From positions 159,706 to 223,705 of the forward strand of contig JBGPFC010000002.1 of assembly GCA_041483195.1 (NCBI GenBank): a stretch of DNA of 64,000 nt. The letters run 5' to 3'. Below, piece after piece: positions 58,247 to 64,000 of this stretch. The first letter of the stretch is position 1, and each line of letters begins with the position of its first letter. This stretch comes from Candidatus Eiseniibacteriota bacterium. Lineage in GTDB: Bacteria; Eisenbacteria; RBG-16-71-46. The notes under the pieces were generated by a model. It had not been told where the DNA came from and made no database searches. It worked only from the letters and a program-made list of their open reading frames with translations. The position numbers were made by a program, and so were the translations under genes.

Positions 58247-59901
58247 AGCTCCTTCCAGGCGAGCGTGCGGGCCGACGGAAGGTCGGGCACGAACTGGTTG
58301 GTGGTCGGGAAGTACGGCGGCACAAGACCGCGACGGTCGTAGTGGAAGTCACGCGCGAAGCCGTGCAGCAGGTTGCCGTTCGAATCGAACTGGTAGAACA
58401 CGCCGTAGTACGAGGCCACCATGCCGCCGCGCAGGTGGAACGTGCCCATCGGCGCACCGGAGTTCCAGTTGTCCACCTTGAACTCGCCATTGCTGCCGGC
58501 CGCCATGACGAAGGCATCGAGGTTCGCATCGTTGGGCGCTCCCGAGCCGATCCGCACGTCGCCGCCCGAGGAGTAGATGCCAAGCACGGCCTCCCCGTTG
58601 TCGTAGTCGTAAGCGGTGATGTCGTTCTGGATCACGATGTCGCCGCTGGCCGTGATCAGCATCTGGTTGCCGTTGGCGATCGCGGGCACGACCGTGCCGC
58701 CTGAACGGTCCGGCCCGCCCAGGTCGGCCATGGTGCCCTGCGTGTACATGATGGGTCGCATGGCGCCGGTATATATCGTCGTGGCGGAGCCATCCCAGAC
58801 GTAGGTGAGTGGCGGGACAGGGCCGGGATCCACCGTGATTCGCTTCATCACGCTACCCTGCGTCATCGTGTAGACCTGCCGGCCGAGGCTATCGACCCTC
58901 ATCGCGCAGGAATTCAGGTCACCCTGAACGTAGATGCCGCCGCTCAGAGTGGCACCCACGAGGACGCCAGCCACCATGGCGCCACCCGTGCTGGGCAGGT
59001 AGATCCCGTTTGGCGGTGCGGACCCACCGGTCATGCCGAGCGCCGCGCGGATCTGCGTATTCGTGGGCGAAGCGGTGTCCGAAGGATCACGGCCGAGCGA
59101 CGCGTTCTTCTGGCTATAGGCGCTTACCGGCAGGGGCACGTTGGGCGCGCCACGCGTGAATCCACCGTAGAGGTTCGGCACGTCGATGCTGCCGTTGTTA
59201 TTCGCCGACAGCTCCACGTTGTTGCCCTTGTTGTAGTACCAGGCCTTGGAGTTGACGCTGGTGATCAGGTCTTCGAAGGTCGGCTTGTAGGCGAACTTGA
59301 ACTCGGTGTTCGTGTGCACGCGCCCGTCGAAGTAGCCGCTCGACGTGAACCAGATGTTCGATCCATCGCCCATCGTGTGGGTGTTGGTGTAGATCAGATA
59401 CTGGGCGAAGGAGCCGCGGCCCGCGCTCACGCGCAGGATGCCCTGGCTCTGCACCGCACGCGTCCCCGACTGACCATCATTGCCGGTCGAGGTGATCGTG
59501 TAGCGGTAGTTGTAGACTTGGGCGGTGTCGGTCAGGTCGCTGTCGGAGAACGCGATCGTCGCGCTGGTGGTGAACTTCGGGTTGGTCGCGCTCCCGACCA
59601 GCGAACCGCCCGGGAAGAACGTCAGCGGCGCCGCGATGACGGGTCCGGTGCCGGTGTAGAGCGCCGACAGGCTCTCCAGCTTGGCCGTCGAGAAACTGGC
59701 GAGCTGCTGCTGAGCCGTGCGGATGCCGGCGTCGGCCGCGTAGAGCGAGGCCTTCGCCACGTGCACGTTCGACGACATGGATCGTTCGCCGCTGATGGTC
59801 GTCATGAACGTGACGGCCAGCACGGAGATGAGCAGCAGGATGAGAGTCGCAGTGATCAGTGCCGCACCGCGCTCGCCGCGGACGCAATTCGAGCCTTTCA
59901 T
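58243..59901 (-). CDS. PilX/GspK-like large minor pilin with a C-terminal beta-rich domain
   Basis: ERG|AALIT prepilin-like site lacking Glu5, SLYAADAG motif, and a Thr/Gly/Asn-rich body. Confidence 0.8.
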   Translation of the reverse strand: MKGSNCVRGERGAALITATLILLLISVLAVTFMTTISGERSMSSNVHVAKASLYAADAGIRTAQQQLASFSTAKLESLSALYTGTGPVIAAPLTFFPGGSLVGSATNPKFTTSATIAFSDSDLTDTAQVYNYRYTITSTGNDGQSGTRAVQSQGILRVSAGRGSFAQYLIYTNTHTMGDGSNIWFTSSGYFDGRVHTNTEFKFAYKPTFEDLITSVNSKAWYYNKGNNVELSANNNGSIDVPNLYGGFTRGAPNVPLPVSAYSQKNASLGRDPSDTASPTNTQIRAALGMTGGSAPPNGIYLPSTGGAMVAGVLVGATLSGGIYVQGDLNSCAMRVDSLGRQVYTMTQGSVMKRITVDPGPVPPLTYVWDGSATTIYTGAMRPIMYTQGTMADLGGPDRSGGTVVPAIANGNQMLITASGDIVIQNDITAYDYDNGEAVLGIYSSGGDVRIGSGAPNDANLDAFVMAAGSNGEFKVDNWNSGAPMGTFHLRGGMVASYYGVFYQFDSNGNLLHGFARDFHYDRRGLVPPYFPTTNQFVPDLPSARTLAWKEL

Positions 59902-59914
59902 CAGAGAGCTCCTG

Positions 59915-60766
59915 TCAGAAGGTACGCGGCTTGACCGTCGCCCAGGCAGAATCCAAGACCGAAGCCTGGCCGGGGGTGATCAAGCGCGTGCTCACGACCG
60001 GCCGCAGCCTGTCGATCATCGACGGGTCAGCCGGGTTGCGGGTCAAGCTCTCGTCCTGGAGCAGGTACGTCACGGTGAACTGGCGCACGTCATAGGCCAC
60101 GAACTGATCGGGCCGGCCGGCCTCGCGCCGAACCAGCATGGGCTTCCTCGCCAAGGTCGAGTCGACGCGGTAGGAGACCCAGCTGGCCCGATACACCTGC
60201 GCGCCGGTGGGGTATCCGGTGCCTCCCCCCGGCCAGCCCGCACGAGTGCCGTTGTTGTAAGTCGACGAGTTGGAGCAGGTGATGTCGTTCGTGGTGATCG
60301 ACGTGATCTTGAACAGGTGTGCCCACGTACCGCTGGTGACCACCATGAAGTCGCCGACCGCGAAGCCCGCGGCACTCGTGACCTTGATGACGTCGGTCTG
60401 CAGGGCCAGCGGCAGGCGCAACGTGGTCGCCGCATCCCAGCCGCCCATGATCTGAAGCGTGTCGTTCGCCGCCAGCGAGCCACCATAGCCGGTCGTCACC
60501 CCCCGCACGCCGATGGTCGCTCCACCGTAGACGCCCTGCACCACGGTGCGACCCCAGCCCGAGCCGGCCATGCGCACGTCCCGTTCGAGCAGCTGCAGCG
60601 CGGCGCGCGTGTTCTGGCGATTCTCGACCAGCTTGGTCACGCGCGAGGTCGCCTTCTGCGAGCCGAACATGACCGAGAAGACCGAGATGACGACGACACT
60701 CGTGAGCGCGAGCGCGACCATCAGCTCGATGAGAGAGAAGCCATGGGCGTTCCGGGCGTGGCGCAT
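59915..60766 (-). CDS. PilW-like minor pilin
   Basis: HG|FSLIELMVAL and ERDVRMAG motifs. Confidence 0.85.
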   Translation of the reverse strand: MRHARNAHGFSLIELMVALALTSVVVISVFSVMFGSQKATSRVTKLVENRQNTRAALQLLERDVRMAGSGWGRTVVQGVYGGATIGVRGVTTGYGGSLAANDTLQIMGGWDAATTLRLPLALQTDVIKVTSAAGFAVGDFMVVTSGTWAHLFKITSITTNDITCSNSSTYNNGTRAGWPGGGTGYPTGAQVYRASWVSYRVDSTLARKPMLVRREAGRPDQFVAYDVRQFTVTYLLQDESLTRNPADPSMIDRLRPVVSTRLITPGQASVLDSAWATVKPRTF

Positions 60767-60770
60767 GGGA

Positions 60771-61190
60771 CTAACCCCCCGCCTCGGGTGAGACGACGAC
60801 CAGCGTGGACATCGGCAGTGACGCGAACGTGCGACGGTAGACCCTGACGGTGATCCGCTTGCAGTCCGCGCGCGGCTGGTCGTCCTCGACCGTCCAGCGC
60901 ACGTAGTAGCCGCCCGGGTAGGGATTGTTGACGTCGTCATGGTCGCCGCTCGTCATGTCCCCGTCGGCGTAAGGCGTCTCCAGCACCTGCTCCGCGCAGG
61001 TGGCCGCCAGCTCCGAGGCACGGGTCTGCTGGGCGGCGGTGTTGCTCCGCTTGATGCCGACCGGGATGACCGCCGCGAGCGACAGGACACCGATGCCGAA
61101 CACCACCAGTGCGATCATCAGCTCGACCAGCGAGAAGCCGGCCACGCGAGCGCGCACGGGGCGCATCCTGGACCTGGTCGTGGGGGTCAT
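60771..61190 (-). CDS. PilV-like minor pilin
   Basis: AG|FSLVELMIAL..IGVL motif. Confidence 0.85.
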   Translation of the reverse strand: MTPTTRSRMRPVRARVAGFSLVELMIALVVFGIGVLSLAAVIPVGIKRSNTAAQQTRASELAATCAEQVLETPYADGDMTSGDHDDVNNPYPGGYYVRWTVEDDQPRADCKRITVRVYRRTFASLPMSTLVVVSPEAGG

Positions 61191-61669
61191 GGGCGGTACA
61201 CCAATCCGGCCATCGACACCATGATCGTGTCGCGGAGGCCTGCGGTGGTCTGGACGATCAGCCGGCCGCCGGTCGTGCCGGGCTTGAGGATGCCGGTGAT
61301 GTCGAACAGCAGGGAATCGGGGGGGCTGAGCTCCACGCTGGAGAGCCTGGAATCCTTCGGCATCTGCTTGAACTGCCGATACTCGCTCGACTGGACCGTA
61401 CGGTCGTTGTTCGTGTCGGCGTGGATGCTGAACCCGGTCACGTCGGTGGTGGTGACGCCGTTGCCGAAGCAAACGACGACGGGGGTGTGCCCGGTCACCG
61501 CCCGCTGGCGGGCGGCGCGGAGGTTCTCGATGACGACCGCCCGCGCCTGCTGCTTGACCAGGGACAGGCGAAAGCTCCTGAAGGAGGGCACGCCGATGGC
61601 CAGCATGAGCCCCATCAGCACCAGCACGACCATCAACTCGACCAGCGTGAAGCCGTTTGGACGACTCAC
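61187..61669 (-). CDS. FimT/FimU/GspH-like minor pilin
   Basis: NG|FTLVELMVVL, LRAARQRAV and LLFD..G motifs. GTG start after GAGGT. Confidence 0.85.
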   Translation of the reverse strand: MSRPNGFTLVELMVVLVLMGLMLAIGVPSFRSFRLSLVKQQARAVVIENLRAARQRAVTGHTPVVVCFGNGVTTTDVTGFSIHADTNNDRTVQSSEYRQFKQMPKDSRLSSVELSPPDSLLFDITGILKPGTTGGRLIVQTTAGLRDTIMVSMAGLVYRP

Positions 61670-61716
61670 TCGATACCTCGCGATGCAAGAGACGGCTCTG
61701 TGTGCACCAGAGGTAT

Positions 61717-61732
61717 TGCAAGGCCGGTGCCA
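61717..61732 (-). promoter_or_regulatory. sigma54 promoter of the minor-pilin operon
   Basis: Minus strand reads TGGCAC-CGGCC-TTGCA, a full consensus match about 48 bp upstream of the first pilin start. Confidence 0.85.
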
Positions 61733-61947
61733 CGCATGAGCATCCCGATGGCGCGGTTTCATTGTTGTCGCGCATCGGCTTAGCGGACGCGGCGCACGTG
61801 CCCAGTCGGCCTCCGGGCAGCCCAATCGAGCGCGTCGTGCAAGTTTTCTGATCGGCCGCAACGCGTTTTGCTCGGCGTGGGAGCAGAGACCACGGGCGGC
61901 GACCAGCGAAGTCGCTCGGCCGCCTCCCAGTCGGGCCGGCGACTCCT

Positions 61948-61971
61948 GCGGGAGGTCATCCGGGAGGTCAT
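61948..61971. repeat. Perfect 12-bp tandem direct repeat
   Basis: CGGGAGGTCATC occurs twice in tandem, between two divergent sigma54 promoters. Confidence 0.7.
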
Positions 61972-62040
61972 CGACGACGGGACCGACTTGCACGCGTCAA
62001 GCCAAAGGCCTGTCGAGCCGATAACCCCATTCAGAATCGC

Positions 62041-62056
62041 TGGCACACGTCCTGCT
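62041..62056 (+). promoter_or_regulatory. sigma54 promoter upstream of lptC-lptB-rpoN
   Basis: TGGCAC-ACGTC-CTGCT with GG-N10-GC spacing, about 80 bp before the lptC ATG. Confidence 0.65.
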
Positions 62057-62135
62057 TGCGACCACCACGGACGTTTGTTAGCGTGACCCAAGCGCGCGAC
62101 GACGCCAGGCTCACCGACCCGATGCGGAAGGCACG

Positions 62136-62738
62136 ATGCCCCCTGTCCGATACTCCGTAGCAAGGTCGCCGGCGGGCCCGATTCTCGCCGCATCGCTGCT
62201 GGCGCTCCTCTTCTCGCTCCCGGGATGCGAACGGAGCGCCGGAGTGGGCCCGAGCTCCTCGCCCGCCATACTCCCCGACACCGAGGTCAGCGACTTCGTC
62301 ATCACGGAGACCGATCGCGGCCTGGTCCAGTGGAAGATGTACGCACGGTCGGCCGCCACCTATCGGGCGCGCAGCACGGTCATCGCCCGCGGCCTGCGCA
62401 TCGACTTCTTCGACGAGAAGGGGTCCCGTTCCTCGACCCTCACGGCGCAGGAAGGGGAGATGAACGACCTCAGCCACGACATGAACGCCCGCGGTGACGT
62501 GGTCATCCAGACCACCGAGGGGACGCGGATGACCACCGACAAACTGCGGTTCCGGAACAAGGAGCAGCGCATCGATACCGACGCCTTCGTGCGTGTGGAT
62601 CGCCGCGGGGACGTGCTCACCGGCTGGGGCTTCGAGAGCGATCCCGAGCTGAAGGACTTCCAGTTCAAACGCCAGGTGAAGGCCACCGTGCGCACCCGCT
62701 CCGGCGGCACGCTCGAGCGTCGCGGAGGGACGAAGTGA
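62136..62738 (+). CDS. lptC: LPS export protein LptC
   Basis: N-terminal anchor, a beta-jellyroll pattern (F....G...S.L.A..G, IDTDAFV, G.GFE) and position before lptB. Confidence 0.82.
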   Translation: MPPVRYSVARSPAGPILAASLLALLFSLPGCERSAGVGPSSSPAILPDTEVSDFVITETDRGLVQWKMYARSAATYRARSTVIARGLRIDFFDEKGSRSSTLTAQEGEMNDLSHDMNARGDVVIQTTEGTRMTTDKLRFRNKEQRIDTDAFVRVDRRGDVLTGWGFESDPELKDFQFKRQVKATVRTRSGGTLERRGGTK

Positions 62739-63514
62739 CCCACGCCCCGTCGCCGTCGATCGTGGCCGACGCTCCGCTCCCTGTGCTCCGCGGCGAGGGC
62801 CTGGTGGCCGAGGGACTCGAGCGTTACTACGGCAAGTGGCGGGTGGTGAGCGACGTCACCATCCAGGTGCGCCGCGGCGAGGTCGTGGGGTTGCTCGGGC
62901 CCAATGGCGCGGGCAAGACCACCTCGTTCTACATGATCGTCGGCTTGCTCACGCCGAATCAGGGGCGCATCCTGCTCGACGGACGCGACATCACGGACGA
63001 GCCGGTCTACCGTCGCGCCCGCAGCGGCCTCGGGTATCTCGCGCAGGAGGCGAGCATCTTCCGCCGGCTGACGGTGCGCGAGAACCTGCTGGCGGTGCTC
63101 GAGACCATGGACATGACGCGCGAGGCGCGGGGGATCCGGCTCAAGCAGCTGCTCGAGGACCTCAATCTGACCCACCTGGCCGAACGCCGGGCGGATAAGC
63201 TGTCGGGCGGCGAGCGGCGGCGGGTCGAGATCACCCGCGCGCTGGTGCGTCAGCCCTCATTCATGCTGCTGGACGAACCGTTCGTGGGCATCGACCCGAT
63301 CGCCGTCGCGGAGATCCAGGACATCGTGCGGCGGCTGCGGGAACGCGGACTGGGCGTATTGATCACCGACCACAACGTGCGGGAGACCTTGAGCATCACC
63401 AACCGCGCGTACATCATGTACGAGGGACGGATCCTCCTGCAGGGCTCGGCCGAAGAGCTGGCCAAGGACCCGCGGGCACGCGAGATCTACCTCGGCGAGC
63501 GTTTCCGACTGTGA
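62735..63514 (+). CDS. lptB: LPS export ABC ATPase
   Basis: GPNGAGKTTSFYM, LSGGERRRVEI, ITDHNVRETL and YLGE.F motifs. Confidence 0.96.
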   Translation: MTHAPSPSIVADAPLPVLRGEGLVAEGLERYYGKWRVVSDVTIQVRRGEVVGLLGPNGAGKTTSFYMIVGLLTPNQGRILLDGRDITDEPVYRRARSGLGYLAQEASIFRRLTVRENLLAVLETMDMTREARGIRLKQLLEDLNLTHLAERRADKLSGGERRRVEITRALVRQPSFMLLDEPFVGIDPIAVAEIQDIVRRLRERGLGVLITDHNVRETLSITNRAYIMYEGRILLQGSAEELAKDPRAREIYLGERFRL

Positions 63515-63530
63515 CCGGGAGTCTTCCACG

Positions 63531-64000
63531 ATGGAAATGAAACACTCGCTCCACCTGACCCAGCGGCCGGCGCTCATCATGACGCAGCGCCTGCAGCAGG
63601 CCTTGAAGCTGCTCCAGGTGCCGACCCTCGAGCTGCAGCAGATCCTCAAGCAGGAGATCATGCAGAACCCGATGCTCGAGGAGGTCGACGAGCTGGAGGA
63701 GAACGAGGACATCGCCAAGGAGGATTCGCCCGAGGAGACGGCGAACCAGGAGGCCGAGGAGCCGGCCGACGAAGATCCCATCGACTGGTCCGAGTACATG
63801 CAGGATAGCGCGCTCGATCGCGCCTACATCCCCCAGAGCGAGACCAGCATCGAGTTCCTCGAGAAGGTGCCGGTCACGCGCACCACGCTGGCCGAGAGCC
63901 TGCTCGAGCAGCTGCACTTCCTGAACGTGGCGCCCGAACACATGACGCTGTGCGAGTTCCTGGTCGGCTCGCTCGACGACCGCGGCTACATGGTGACGCC
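63531..64000 (+). CDS. rpoN: RNA polymerase sigma-54 factor, runs off the right edge
   Basis: Manual translation MEMKHSLHLTQRPALIMTQRLQQALKLLQVPTLELQQILKQEIMQNPMLEE..LIGSLDDRGY-like segment; follows lptB. Confidence 0.95.
   Translation, partial: MEMKHSLHLTQRPALIMTQRLQQALKLLQVPTLELQQILKQEIMQNPMLEEVDELEENEDIAKEDSPEETANQEAEEPADEDPIDWSEYMQDSALDRAYIPQSETSIEFLEKVPVTRTTLAESLLEQLHFLNVAPEHMTLCEFLVGSLDDRGYMVT

Noticed and set aside
61948..61971. Tandem repeat as a CRISPR remnant or insertion target duplication
   Set aside because: Only two adjacent 12-bp copies, with no spacers, cas genes or transposase.
1..64000. Prophage, integrase, IS elements, rRNA or tRNA genes
   Set aside because: No supporting motifs were recognised anywhere in the window.

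Overview
GC-rich (about 70% by eye) bacterial chromosome segment, densely coding and mostly on the + strand. The gene content (Kdo/LPS transport, TonB, GT-C glycosyltransferases, a kinase-TPR protein, an N-terminal-only GlmU) suggests a diderm of the FCB/Gemmatimonadota/Ca. Eisenbacteria type. That assignment is inference only. Most of the window is housekeeping: uvrB-nadC-birA-tatC-coaX, a divergent groEL, dapE-dapC-dapD, folB-folK-dnk-panB-panC, uvrA-rtcB, radical SAM-rng, rplU-rpmA-mdh, kdsB-pyrG-kdsA-kdsC-kdsD and lptC-lptB-rpoN. No rRNA, tRNA, CRISPR array or transposase was recognised. The most unusual locus is at about 34.5-38.1 kb. A soluble PAS histidine kinase and a sigma54 activator are followed by a palindromic enhancer candidate, a -24/-12 promoter and a four-hairpin leader. 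Next comes a 22-codon lysine-repeat micro-ORF (MAAKKKAAKKKGTKKKAAKKKK, missing from the ORF track) with a strong Shine-Dalgarno, then a terminator-like hairpin, then an orphan pyruvoyl decarboxylase (SpeD family) lacking a conserved substrate-binding Glu. The second notable feature is a sigma54-driven minor-pilin cassette lying between kdsD and lptC. It sits back-to-back with a second sigma54 promoter that would drive lptC-lptB-rpoN, and lptA is absent from that operon. All product calls come from motif recognition by eye, not from database searches.
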